Notes under the pieces: generated by a model
The model's database searches: none
Told to the model about the DNA's origin: nothing
What the model saw: only the letters and a program-made list of their open reading frames with translations
Program-made: the position numbers and the translations under genes
Shown here: positions 29,385 through 39,012 of the stretch, in pieces
Position numbering within the stretch: position 1 is the stretch's first letter
How the letters are laid out: every line of letters starts with the position of its first letter
From: an uncultured archaeon
GTDB taxonomy: Archaea; Aenigmatarchaeota; Aenigmatarchaeia; CG10238-14; SCSR01
NCBI GenBank assembly: GCA_964400475.1
Contig: CAYNTH010000004.1
Coordinates: forward strand, 1-56,364
Reading direction: 5' to 3'
DNA length: 56,364 nt

Positions 29385-30836
29385 TTAACCCTTAACTACT
29401 CCTATAGGTTTCATCTTGGCAACAATATCAGCTATACCAACATCCCTGCAAACTCGAACAACTTCATCAACATCCTTATACACTCCAGGAGCCTCTTCCG
29501 ACAATACTTTCCAACTGGCTGACCGGACAAGTATTCCTTGATCACCTAATGTCTTTTTTATCTTCTCCCCGCGATAGGTCTTCCTCGCCTGAGTCCTTGA
29601 TTTCAACCTACCAGCACCATGGACCATAGAACTGAATGTTTCTTTCTCAGCTTCGCCTGTACCCACCAACACATAACTGGATGTTCCCATGCTTCCAGGG
29701 ACGATAACTGGTTGTCCTGTTGATTTATAATCGGACGGGATTCCATCCATGCCAGGACCGAACGCCCTTGTAGCGCCCTTTCTATGCATATAAACTTTTT
29801 TCCTCTTACCATCTATCTTATGTTCCTCTATCTTTCCGATATTGTGTGCAACATCATATACCACATCTATACCAGCGTCTTCCTCGGAAATATTCAGGGA
29901 ATCGTAAAAACTCTCACGAACCCAGTGCATTATCATATGTCTATTCGTCCATGCATAATTGGCACCGCAAGCCATTGCAGCGAAATAATCATCACACTCC
30001 TTAGTGCCAGAAGGTGCATAAACCAATTCCCTGTCAGGTAACTGGTTCAACTTGTCCTTAAATTTGTTCTCCAATCTCTGGAGGTAATCAGTACATACCT
30101 GATGACCGAATCCTCTCGAGCCTGTGTGAATCATCACAGTGACCTGACCTTCGTGCTCTATACCGAATTTCTTCGCTATATCAGGCAAAAATATCTTATC
30201 CACCTTCTGTATCTCCAAGAAATGATTGCCCGCCCCCAACGTGCCTATTTGAGGCATCCCCCTGTTCAATGCCTTCTCAGAAATCACACTGGAATCAGCG
30301 CCCTTCAAACAGCCGTTTTCTTCGGTATGCAACAAATCGTCCTTTGTACCATAACCATTGTCAACAGCCCAACTAGCACCCATATTCAATAGATTCTTCA
30401 ATTCGTTTTTGGATAATCTCACTTTTCCCTTTCTACCAAGACCCGAAGGTACATTCTGGAACATATTCTCTAATAAATCTGGCAAGTTCGAACGGATGTC
30501 TTCAGATTTTAGATTTGTCCTGAGCATCCTCACGCCACAGTTGATATCGAAACCTATTCCGCCGGGGCTCAATCCACCTTCCTCGAAATCCAAAGCAGCA
30601 ACACCGCCGATTGGAAACCCGTACCCGAAATGCATATCCGGAAGTCCTATGCTGTGCTTTTGTATACCTGGTAAATAGGTTATATTCGCAACTTGTTCAA
30701 TTGCACCTTCCTCAACATCATCCAACAATTTTTCGGATAAAAACAATCTTGCAGGCGCTTTCATACCTTTCTTGGCGTCTTTAGGCAATTCCCATACATT
30801 TGGGCGTATCTTTCTCAATTTGGATTTCAATGTCAT
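29385..30836 (-). CDS. rtcB: tRNA-splicing ligase RtcB
   Basis: LPDMHFGYGFPIGGV, DINCGVR, GTLGAGNHFLE, HTGSRG, HNIGK, HRKGAT, HGAGR. Confidence 0.96.
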   Translation of the reverse strand: MTLKSKLRKIRPNVWELPKDAKKGMKAPARLFLSEKLLDDVEEGAIEQVANITYLPGIQKHSIGLPDMHFGYGFPIGGVAALDFEEGGLSPGGIGFDINCGVRMLRTNLKSEDIRSNLPDLLENMFQNVPSGLGRKGKVRLSKNELKNLLNMGASWAVDNGYGTKDDLLHTEENGCLKGADSSVISEKALNRGMPQIGTLGAGNHFLEIQKVDKIFLPDIAKKFGIEHEGQVTVMIHTGSRGFGHQVCTDYLQRLENKFKDKLNQLPDRELVYAPSGTKECDDYFAAMACGANYAWTNRHMIMHWVRESFYDSLNISEEDAGIDVVYDVAHNIGKIEEHKIDGKRKKVYMHRKGATRAFGPGMDGIPSDYKSTGQPVIVPGSMGTSSYVLVGTGEAEKETFSSMVHGAGRLKSRTQARKTYRGEKIKKTLGDQGILVRSASWKVLSEEAPGVYKDVDEVVRVCRDVGIADIVAKMKPIGVVKG

Positions 30837-30990
30837 ACGAACACTATGAGTATATTGTTTTTATTAATAAAGTATATAATTGTCGATACCGAATGTAAAA
30901 ATCGATTCCGGGTAGAAAATGCCCTTTTTTAAATGAAAAGGGAAAAGAATATTTATCTATCATAATAATCAATATGTGGAAGGTGTAAAT

Positions 30991-31299
30991 ATGCCAATAA
31001 GTACAGCACCCTATAAAAGGGAATATAAACACACGAAGAGCCGTGGTAAAGAGAAGACGGTGAAATGTGATGCATGCGGCAGATTAGTACCCAGATATAA
31101 AACTTTCACTACTACCAGAAAGATGAGATTGGGTCCTGCTGTGATGAAACAGATCGACAAGAGGATGGTACACTTACTACAAAAGAAGAAGAGATTGTGT
31201 CCGTCTTGTGCGAGATTCAGGGGTGTTTCTAAGCCTGGTAAATCCACTAGAAAGAAGTACGGTGGAGGAAACCCGAGCAGAAGAAGCAAGAGAAATTAA
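30991..31299 (+). CDS. rps26e: Ribosomal protein eS26 (S26e)-like
   Basis: Basic protein with RGKEKTVKCDACGRLVPRYK...CPSCARFRG, matching the two CxxC pairs of eS26; ATG 30991 follows a GGAAGGTG SD. Confidence 0.75.
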   Translation: MPISTAPYKREYKHTKSRGKEKTVKCDACGRLVPRYKTFTTTRKMRLGPAVMKQIDKRMVHLLQKKKRLCPSCARFRGVSKPGKSTRKKYGGGNPSRRSKRN

Positions 31300-31406
31300 T
31301 TTCCTAATCCAATTGCCTTTTATTTGGAGTTATTTCTATATTTAATATAAGATTCGTAGATGAAATGTTGTTTCGGAATAAAAAATACTAATTTATCGGT
31401 GTATGG

Positions 31407-33413
31407 ATGGGAGTAGACCTTAAAAAGATAAAGGGCATGAGAGGGGCACTATACAGGAAGATAAAGGGCAATTTAGGTAAAAAGAAGAAAAAGGCCAAGA
31501 ATCAGCTAGACTTGCCTGGGTTCCAGATAAAAGAGATAAACAAAATACCGGAATTCCCGGACTTTGATGATATTTCTAAGGTCGATATATCATACCCGCT
31601 CATAGAACCCTTTGCATATGCTCATATCTACTGGGATGACAAGGACAATGAGATAGAATACCAGGTGATTGAGCCCGAACTCAGCGAGGAAGATGAAAAA
31701 ATTCTGGAAAAAATATCGGAATCCCTCATAGAGTTGGTGGATGTGGAACTCAGTGCAATACAAGAAGAAAATACGATAGTCGAATATTTGGAAAATCAAA
31801 TTTCCAAGATAATACACGAATTCGGATTGAATGTATCAGGTGACCAATATACGAAAATAATGTATTACATATACAGGGATTTTGTCGGATTCAACGAAAT
31901 AGAGCCCATTCTACAGGACCCGAACATCGAGGATATAAGCTGCGATGGACTTGATTTACCGATTTATATCGTGCACAGAAAATTCGGATCTATTAAAACG
32001 AATATTATTTACGAAGACGTGGAATACCTGAGAGAATTTATAGTAAAGATGTCCCAACGGGCTGGCAGATATGTTAGTTATGCCGAACCCGTATTGGAGG
32101 GATCATTGCCTGATGGTTCGCGTATCTCAGCTACATTGGCAGGAGACATTGCTACCAAAGGACCCACATTCACAATAAGAAAATTCAGCGAAAAGCCATT
32201 TTCTCCAACAGAACAAATGCAGATGAAAACAGTGTCTTTGGAATTGTTGGCTTACTACTGGTATATCGTTGAGCACGGGGCATCGATGTTGGTAGTGGGA
32301 GGAGTCGCGACTGGTAAAACGAGTTTCATGAACACAATATGTATGTTCATCCCGCCAGAAGCGAAGATCGTGAGCATAGAGGATACCAGAGAATTGAAAA
32401 TACCGAACGATCATTGGGTGCCAACTTTGGCAAGAACCGGATTCGGAATACCGATGCCCAGTGGTGAAAAATATGGAGGTGTGTCATTATTCGATCTGCT
32501 AAAACAGAGCTTCAGGCAAAACCCCGATTACGTTATTGTGGGAGAGACGAGAGGTAAGGAAGCATACGTAATGTTCCAAGGAATGAGTTCTGGGCACCCG
32601 AGTATGAGTACGTTCCATGCGGGTTCTGTGGATACTGTCATAAAGAGATTGACCACACCACCAATAGAATTATCCCCAACTCTCATCGAAAGCCTGGACA
32701 TCATAACAGTGATGATACACGCAAGAGAAAAGGGAAAATCAGCTAGACGTATCAAAGAAATTTCAGAAATACAAAGCGTTGACCCGAAAACAGGCGAGGT
32801 TAAGACGAACACGGTATTCAAATGGGACCCGGCAAACGACATATGGGTAAAGATGAATGAAAGCGTAGTCGTGAAGAAATTGGTCGAATCCAAGGGCGGT
32901 ACGATGGAAAACGCCCAAAAGGAGATAGAAGAAAGAAAGAAAATACTCGCATGGTTGTATGAAAACGAGGTATTCAATTACAAAGACGTTACGCATGCAA
33001 TCAATAGGTATTATAAGGAGAAAAAATCATTGATGAAGGAAATTGGAGAGTTCAATATACCTGAAAAGATATTGAGGACTAAAACGGGCAAACTTGTAGA
33101 AGAATCTAAAGAAGAGATTGAAAAAAAGGTGGAATCAAAGAAAGAAACTATACAAGCAGAGCCGAAAACTGTACAACCTCCTAAATCTACTGAAGAAATA
33201 CCAAAAAGAAAAGACGTACCTGAGAAGAAAGAAGTCGATAGAAAGGATGAAGGAGAGATTATCAAAAAAGTTGAGAAAATTGCAGAGGAGAAAACTAAAC
33301 AAGCCGAGATAAAGGCTATCGAACCCAAAATGGATATCAAAGACCTTAAAAAATCATCCGTACTCACACTATTCAAATATCCGATTCTAAGAGAGCCCGA
33401 AAAAGAAAATTGA
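31407..33413 (+). CDS. Type IV pilus assembly ATPase (FlaI/TadA/CpaF family)
   Basis: IEDISCDG, FTIRKF, Walker A GGVATGKTS, SIEDTRE, DYVIVGETRG, STFHA; long K/E-rich C-terminal tail. Confidence 0.93.
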   Translation: MGVDLKKIKGMRGALYRKIKGNLGKKKKKAKNQLDLPGFQIKEINKIPEFPDFDDISKVDISYPLIEPFAYAHIYWDDKDNEIEYQVIEPELSEEDEKILEKISESLIELVDVELSAIQEENTIVEYLENQISKIIHEFGLNVSGDQYTKIMYYIYRDFVGFNEIEPILQDPNIEDISCDGLDLPIYIVHRKFGSIKTNIIYEDVEYLREFIVKMSQRAGRYVSYAEPVLEGSLPDGSRISATLAGDIATKGPTFTIRKFSEKPFSPTEQMQMKTVSLELLAYYWYIVEHGASMLVVGGVATGKTSFMNTICMFIPPEAKIVSIEDTRELKIPNDHWVPTLARTGFGIPMPSGEKYGGVSLFDLLKQSFRQNPDYVIVGETRGKEAYVMFQGMSSGHPSMSTFHAGSVDTVIKRLTTPPIELSPTLIESLDIITVMIHAREKGKSARRIKEISEIQSVDPKTGEVKTNTVFKWDPANDIWVKMNESVVVKKLVESKGGTMENAQKEIEERKKILAWLYENEVFNYKDVTHAINRYYKEKKSLMKEIGEFNIPEKILRTKTGKLVEESKEEIEKKVESKKETIQAEPKTVQPPKSTEEIPKRKDVPEKKEVDRKDEGEIIKKVEKIAEEKTKQAEIKAIEPKMDIKDLKKSSVLTLFKYPILREPEKEN

Positions 33414-33459
33414 TTGCAACACTAAAACATTTTCTTAAAGAAGACCCAATATTTATTCA

Positions 33460-34332
33460 ATGTCATCTTTAAAATCCTTAGCTATATCTGCTTTTAGCTG
33501 GATTCCAGACAAATACGGACACTATTTTCGTGTAGTCAAAAATAGCTTACCAAAGGCTAACATGAGATTGACATTCCGAACATATATGAGCATAATGGGA
33601 ATGTCGGCCACAATAGTATATATATCAACTTTGTTTACGCTTTTTTTTGGATTGAGAATTCTCGACATATCGCTCGCTATGAAAATCATTTACATGATAT
33701 TCGTACCAATACTGACGTCGATTGCATGTGTCATAGTCCTAATACTCTATCCTTATCAAAAAGTTATATCCAGAAAGAAGAGTATAGAAGCCAACCTACC
33801 ATTCGTTCTCACACACATGGGTGCAATAGCAGAATCGGGTGTTCCACCATATGTGGTGTTCAAACTTATAGCTGATTTCGAGGAATACGGTGAAATATCG
33901 AAAGAAATGGGAAAAATCGTAAGGAACATGGAGAACTTCGGGTTAGACCCACTCAAATCTGTAAAGGAAGTTGCTGAGAGAACGCCTTCGGACGACTTTA
34001 AGCAAGTTCTGATGGGATTTGTCACAACAACGGAATCTGGTGGGAATGTTAAGGAATACTTAAAAAATGCCGGGAAACAATCACTGTTCGAATGGAGAAT
34101 CAAGCGAGAGAAGTTCCTACAACAGTTATCGGCGTATTCAGAATTCTATACAGGTATACTCATAGCAGCACCGCTGTTCATAATCGCATTATTTGCAGTA
34201 ATGAATATGATACAGCCAACAATAGCGGGTTTTGATATCTTATTTCTTACCAAGGTGAGTATATATCTCATAGTACCTGCTCTCAATGCAGGATTCTTGT
34301 TATTCCTGAGGGGAATGGAGGTGGAAATGTAA
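33460..34332 (+). CDS. Type IV pilus membrane platform protein (TadC/FlaJ, T2SSF domain)
   Basis: IEANLPFVLTHMGAIAESG, EVAERTPS, GGNVKEYL, plus TM segments. Confidence 0.88.
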   Translation: MSSLKSLAISAFSWIPDKYGHYFRVVKNSLPKANMRLTFRTYMSIMGMSATIVYISTLFTLFFGLRILDISLAMKIIYMIFVPILTSIACVIVLILYPYQKVISRKKSIEANLPFVLTHMGAIAESGVPPYVVFKLIADFEEYGEISKEMGKIVRNMENFGLDPLKSVKEVAERTPSDDFKQVLMGFVTTTESGGNVKEYLKNAGKQSLFEWRIKREKFLQQLSAYSEFYTGILIAAPLFIIALFAVMNMIQPTIAGFDILFLTKVSIYLIVPALNAGFLLFLRGMEVEM

Positions 34333-35417
34333 TGGACGAAGAAGAAAATAATGAAAGGCCGAAAGAATCGGAATCCATGAAATTGGATGTTGAAACAAAG
34401 GAGCCCAAAAAGAAGAAATTACAATCCATCGAAAAATTCATGCCATCGAAGAAATCCAAAAAAAACGATAAAGGGGGTGGTGGGTTCTTTTCCAGAATCC
34501 TGAAAATAAAAAAAACGAGTTCAGCTGAATTAATCAGTAAAAGGGAAAAACACATAGTACTTTTTGGAAGAACCATAAAATTCAAGAAGAGGACATTCCT
34601 CATATTATTATTCAACACACTACTGTCCATGGGCATATTACTAATAAATTTCATGATGTTGAGAGACGCACCAACGGTCTTCTCCACCATAAACATATTG
34701 GCACTTTTCGTATTCGCATTCCCTGTAATAATAATCAGATATAATGAATACAAGAAAACACAGGAAGTCGAGGACATGTTCCCAATATTCTTGAGGGATT
34801 TTGTTGAAACAACAAAAGGAGGGATGACCATACCCCACGCAATGAAATCTCTCACTAGGAACGATTACAAAGCATTGAATCCATATGTGAAACAGATGGC
34901 TGCACAACTGAATTGGGGAATACCCGTACAGACGGTTTTGATGAAATTCGCCAAAAAAACAGACTCAACACTCATAATGAGAGTGGTATCATCAGTGATA
35001 GAAAGCCATAAATTCGGTGGTAACCTATCGGACACGTTCGAAGCACTTAGTGGCACTGCTGTTGAAATAGACAGATTGCGGGAAGAGAGGAAATTATACA
35101 TGAACTCCCAGATAATGACCGGTTATATAGTATTTTTCGTGTTCTTGGGGGTCATGATAGGACTTCAGAAATTCCTGGTACCAAGCCTTTCAGAAGTATC
35201 GGCTGGTGGTGTATTTGGAAGTGAAACATCACCAGCTGAGGAAACACCCGATTTGGCACAGGAATATCAGGTGATATTCAAAAATCTGATATTGATACAG
35301 GGACTATTCGCTGGATTATCTGTAGGTAAGATGTCAGAAGGATCAATGGTGTCTGGGACGAAACACAGTCTATTCATGATGTTTGTGGGTTTCCTGGTGT
35401 TCACAGTAGCGTCTTAA
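34332..35417 (+). CDS. Second TadC/FlaJ T2SSF platform protein
   Basis: FPIFLRDFVE...GMTIPHA, QLNWGIP, FGGNLSDTFE, IQGLFAGLSVGKMSEG. Confidence 0.88.
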   Translation: MDEEENNERPKESESMKLDVETKEPKKKKLQSIEKFMPSKKSKKNDKGGGGFFSRILKIKKTSSAELISKREKHIVLFGRTIKFKKRTFLILLFNTLLSMGILLINFMMLRDAPTVFSTINILALFVFAFPVIIIRYNEYKKTQEVEDMFPIFLRDFVETTKGGMTIPHAMKSLTRNDYKALNPYVKQMAAQLNWGIPVQTVLMKFAKKTDSTLIMRVVSSVIESHKFGGNLSDTFEALSGTAVEIDRLREERKLYMNSQIMTGYIVFFVFLGVMIGLQKFLVPSLSEVSAGGVFGSETSPAEETPDLAQEYQVIFKNLILIQGLFAGLSVGKMSEGSMVSGTKHSLFMMFVGFLVFTVAS

Positions 35418-35418
35418 A

Positions 35419-35886
35419 TCAACACGCTGTAACATCCGAGCTCTCCGCGTCGTCTGTAACATCTGAACAATTGGTATAAACGTGTATCCTGTCGTAATTA
35501 CTCCCGCCTATGCTAATATTGAACGATTCTATCTCACCTGGTTCCAACACAATTGGTGTAGTAGTACCGGTCACATTCAAATCGAATTTCTGGCTTGATG
35601 AATTGGTATATATTATCTGCAAAACTATGTCACCCAGATCTATCATGTTCGTATTCTCAACTCTGCCACCCATATAATCGTTGCAGTACCTAAGATTGGA
35701 AACTGATATGCCACCATACACACATGTCAACTCTGTATCGGTTTTATCAGACACATCTTGAGTCGTACTGCTGATAAACCCGGTACCCCATGTCTGAATT
35801 ACACCAAATGCGGCCACCGTAAATGCTATAAGCAATACACTCGCTATAAGTGGAGATATCCCCTTCTTACCCATTTTCTTACCCAT
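35419..35886 (-). CDS. Archaeal type IV pilin
   Basis: Class III signal peptide KKG|ISPLIASVLLIAFT. Confidence 0.85.
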   Translation of the reverse strand: MGKKMGKKGISPLIASVLLIAFTVAAFGVIQTWGTGFISSTTQDVSDKTDTELTCVYGGISVSNLRYCNDYMGGRVENTNMIDLGDIVLQIIYTNSSSQKFDLNVTGTTTPIVLEPGEIESFNISIGGSNYDRIHVYTNCSDVTDDAESSDVTAC

Positions 35887-35890
35887 TTAA

Positions 35891-36322
35891 TCAACTCCTT
35901 GAACAGGTTTTTTCCCTAGAGATTTCCGGACAGTGTGTTTTGACCAATATTTTAGAAAACGTATGATTCACATTCGAAATAGAGAACGATTCTATTCCAG
36001 TGAGAGTGCCGTTCAAATCGTGGGAACCCAATATACTCGAATTTGACAGTATCGTGATTGCCTTCAAATTCCGTAGTTCCACGTCTCCAGTGTTGTCCAA
36101 AATCAGATTCACGGTATCGGTCGAATTCACGTGCTCACAAGAATATATCGAGAATTCGGCATACATACATTCCGATTGGGTCTCATTGGTCTCTGGTAAC
36201 GACGTTTTCACAAAACTACTGGCCCAATAAGCCAGTACACCGGCTATTGTCATTGTAACAGCTATCAACAATACAGCGGCGACTAAAGGAGATATTCCTT
36301 TATCATTTAGCTGTTCTCCCAT
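35891..36322 (-). CDS. Archaeal type IV pilin
   Basis: Class III signal peptide DKG|ISPLVAAVLLIAVT. Confidence 0.85.
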   Translation of the reverse strand: MGEQLNDKGISPLVAAVLLIAVTMTIAGVLAYWASSFVKTSLPETNETQSECMYAEFSIYSCEHVNSTDTVNLILDNTGDVELRNLKAITILSNSSILGSHDLNGTLTGIESFSISNVNHTFSKILVKTHCPEISREKTCSRS

Positions 36323-36420
36323 AGATTTAATTTCATTTTCTCCTTAAATAAAGTTTGTCTTAGGCAAATAGAAGTTATTTGTTAATCGAGCTATATTATC
36401 TAATTGTGGTAAAATTGAGA

Positions 36421-37509
36421 ATGAACCTGTCTAAACACAGCAGCCTGGACGCATTGAAAATGGCGACAATCGGGGAACTATTCCCAAGATACTCGAGGAT
36501 CATTCTGAACGGCGTGCCCCCAAAATTCCAAATAGCGAAAAGGATAATCGTGAAATTCGACAGAGATATGGACCTGAAGGAGATGCTAAAAGAACATTCA
36601 AATCTAATGGAGAAATTCAGGGAAACCGAAAAAATGATAGACAAAAACAAACTAGACATTAATGAATTGGAAGTTCCCAGATTCTCATTGATGGATCTGA
36701 AAATAGAAATCGTAAAGGAAATGATAGAATCGTGTAATTTATGCGAACACTCGTGCGGAATCGATAGAAAATCTGGGGAGATAGGGCAATGCAGATGTGA
36801 GAACACCGAACTGTGTAGAATGGCTTCAGAGGGAATCCACCTCGGGGAGGAATCGCACATAATCCCAAGCCATACGATATTTCTAACCGGTTGCAATTTT
36901 GACTGTCAATATTGTCAAAACTGGAAGATATCGCAAAAATCCTCTGGTTACAGGGAGATACACCCCAGAATGTTGTCGGATATAATACGAAAAAGAGAAG
37001 GGGACAGCAGGAATGTTAATTGGGTGGGTGGAGAACCGACCCCGCACACACTGTCCATACTGGAAACATTGAGAATAAGCGATACCGGATTACCACAAAT
37101 ATGGAACAGTAATTTCTATATGGGTAGAACAACTATGGCCATGCTCGACGGTATAATCGATATGTATCTCTCAGATTTTAAATACGGCAACAACACATGT
37201 GCCAAAACGTTCTCTAAAATAGACGACTATTTCGAGATAGTGGCTAGAAATCACTTATTGGCTGTTGAGCAAGCGGAACTAACTGTCAGACATTTGGTTC
37301 TCCCCGATCATGTCGAATGTTGCACTAAGCCAGTACTAAAATGGATATCTGATAATATACGAACTAATTGTATGGTGAATGTGATGGACCAATACCATCC
37401 ATCATATAAATCAAAAGAATATTTGAATCTCAAAAGAGGTGTTGACAAGAAGGAAATCCATGAAGCACTTAATTACGCTGAAACCCTTAATTTATTCTAT
37501 ACGTGTTAG
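36421..37509 (+). CDS. Radical SAM protein (PflX-like)
   Basis: CNLCEHSC, GCNFDCQYCQN (CxxxCxxC), WVGGEPT, SDFKYG, RHLVLP. Confidence 0.88.
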   Translation: MNLSKHSSLDALKMATIGELFPRYSRIILNGVPPKFQIAKRIIVKFDRDMDLKEMLKEHSNLMEKFRETEKMIDKNKLDINELEVPRFSLMDLKIEIVKEMIESCNLCEHSCGIDRKSGEIGQCRCENTELCRMASEGIHLGEESHIIPSHTIFLTGCNFDCQYCQNWKISQKSSGYREIHPRMLSDIIRKREGDSRNVNWVGGEPTPHTLSILETLRISDTGLPQIWNSNFYMGRTTMAMLDGIIDMYLSDFKYGNNTCAKTFSKIDDYFEIVARNHLLAVEQAELTVRHLVLPDHVECCTKPVLKWISDNIRTNCMVNVMDQYHPSYKSKEYLNLKRGVDKKEIHEALNYAETLNLFYTC

Positions 37510-37521
37510 AGGATTGATTCT

Positions 37522-38085
37522 TTGGGAAAGAAACCGTGGAAAACACCGGAAAGGAAATTCGAATTAGATATGGATAAATTGAATCGTAAGGTCATAGCGA
37601 TTGTATTACTCGCATTGATCATATCGATTGGGTTTCTCGCATATTACAATTATCCCAAAAACGGTGTACCAGTATATCTTGTACCAGCATTATACACGCA
37701 GAATTACACAGAAGTTCAAATTGACGTGGATGTAGATGATGGTGTAGTGGCGTTGACATCTGGGTGTAATCAAATTATAGCCGGTGTAGAACCATATCAG
37801 GCAGAAAGCATAAAATTGGCTTTAATGGGACAAAACGCCGAAAGACCGAATTCTCATGACATTGTAACAGATGCATTCGATTCAATGGACATAGAAGTAG
37901 TTATGGTCAAAATTACCGAAGTCAAAGACAGCAAATTCCATGGAAGATTAATCATCAGGAAAGACAACAAAATCGTAGATTTGGAATCCAGACCGAGCGA
38001 TGCAACTGCAATAGCCCTACGAAAGAGTGCCCCAATATACGTGAAAAACAATCTACTCGAAGAATACGGCAGAAAAATATGTTAA
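37522..38085 (+). CDS. Bifunctional nuclease (DUF151) domain protein with N-terminal TM anchor
   Basis: RPNSHD, FHGRL, ESRPSDATAIALR motifs after the hydrophobic helix VIAIVLLALIISIGFLAYY. Confidence 0.8.
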   Translation: MGKKPWKTPERKFELDMDKLNRKVIAIVLLALIISIGFLAYYNYPKNGVPVYLVPALYTQNYTEVQIDVDVDDGVVALTSGCNQIIAGVEPYQAESIKLALMGQNAERPNSHDIVTDAFDSMDIEVVMVKITEVKDSKFHGRLIIRKDNKIVDLESRPSDATAIALRKSAPIYVKNNLLEEYGRKIC

Positions 38086-38086
38086 T

Positions 38087-38365
38087 CTATTCCTTCAGAG
38101 CTTCTTCGAATTTCTCGATGAATTCTTCCGCTTTATCAACCAATCTATCGGCTGCTTTTTTCAGAGCGGTCTCAGGATATCCCTTCGATGTTTTTACAAA
38201 AATCTTAGCATTCTCCAAATATGGATGTTCTTTAACATGGGCTGCCTCTTCGACCCTGTCTCCCTCCCACAATTCTCCCCTTATGAAATTCGTCATTGTA
38301 ACGTTTTCGTTGGGTAACTCCAGTAAAAGCGATTTATCTTCCTTCTTAACTACATTAAGCTCCAT
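38087..38365 (-). CDS. rpoL: DNA-directed RNA polymerase subunit L (Rpo11)
   Basis: MELNVVKKEDKSLLLEL...TMTNFIR...EHPYL pattern. Confidence 0.85.
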   Translation of the reverse strand: MELNVVKKEDKSLLLELPNENVTMTNFIRGELWEGDRVEEAAHVKEHPYLENAKIFVKTSKGYPETALKKAADRLVDKAEEFIEKFEEALKE

Positions 38366-38376
38366 TTAAACACCAT

Positions 38377-39012
38377 TTATTTATTTATTATATACAAGTC
38401 AACATTATAAGTTACTCTTGGTTTTTTATGAAATTTAAACATATATGGTGTATCGAATTTATATTCTTTAATTTGGGATATTTCCGCGCCTTTGTTTTGT
38501 ATAAAAGACCTTAAAAAATCTCTACTCTTGTTTACACCGTCGTTATCATACCCACCTCGATGTAAAGTATATACAGTATCAGCACATTCCAACGCCTTTT
38601 CTATGAATATTGCATCCATGTGTCTCTCCCCCCTCATACCAAACGGTGGGTTTTGCACAACAGTATCACATTCACCGCTGAATTTCCTTACGTCTTCACA
38701 TAAAAATTCAATATCCAGATCCAATTCATCTGCATTTGTTTTCGCAATATCTATAACATCTGCATCTACGTCAATCCCAATCACTTCTTTGGCACCTAGT
38801 AAAGACGCTCCTATGGAAAAAACACCAGAACCGCAGCCGAAATCGATTACTTTTTTGTTTTTGATATCTCCATTCAAATTAGCCAAATTCAATATATGAG
38901 CAACTATATTCGACGGTGTCGTGTATTGTTCAAAATATTCCTTGGGACTCTCTATCGGCTTTAATTTAGACAAGATTATTTCCAGGTGTTTTTTATCCAA
39001 CATCAATCTCAC
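38377..39012 (-). CDS. METTL5-like SAM-dependent methyltransferase
   Basis: EQYTTP, DFGCGSG, QNPPFG, FHKK. Confidence 0.9.
   Translation of the reverse strand: MRLMLDKKHLEIILSKLKPIESPKEYFEQYTTPSNIVAHILNLANLNGDIKNKKVIDFGCGSGVFSIGASLLGAKEVIGIDVDADVIDIAKTNADELDLDIEFLCEDVRKFSGECDTVVQNPPFGMRGERHMDAIFIEKALECADTVYTLHRGGYDNDGVNKSRDFLRSFIQNKGAEISQIKEYKFDTPYMFKFHKKPRVTYNVDLYIINK

Noticed and set aside
35863-35886. Tandem 12-nt near-duplication encoding MGKK-MGKK at the pilin start
   Set aside because: Too short to interpret; it only makes the start codon ambiguous.
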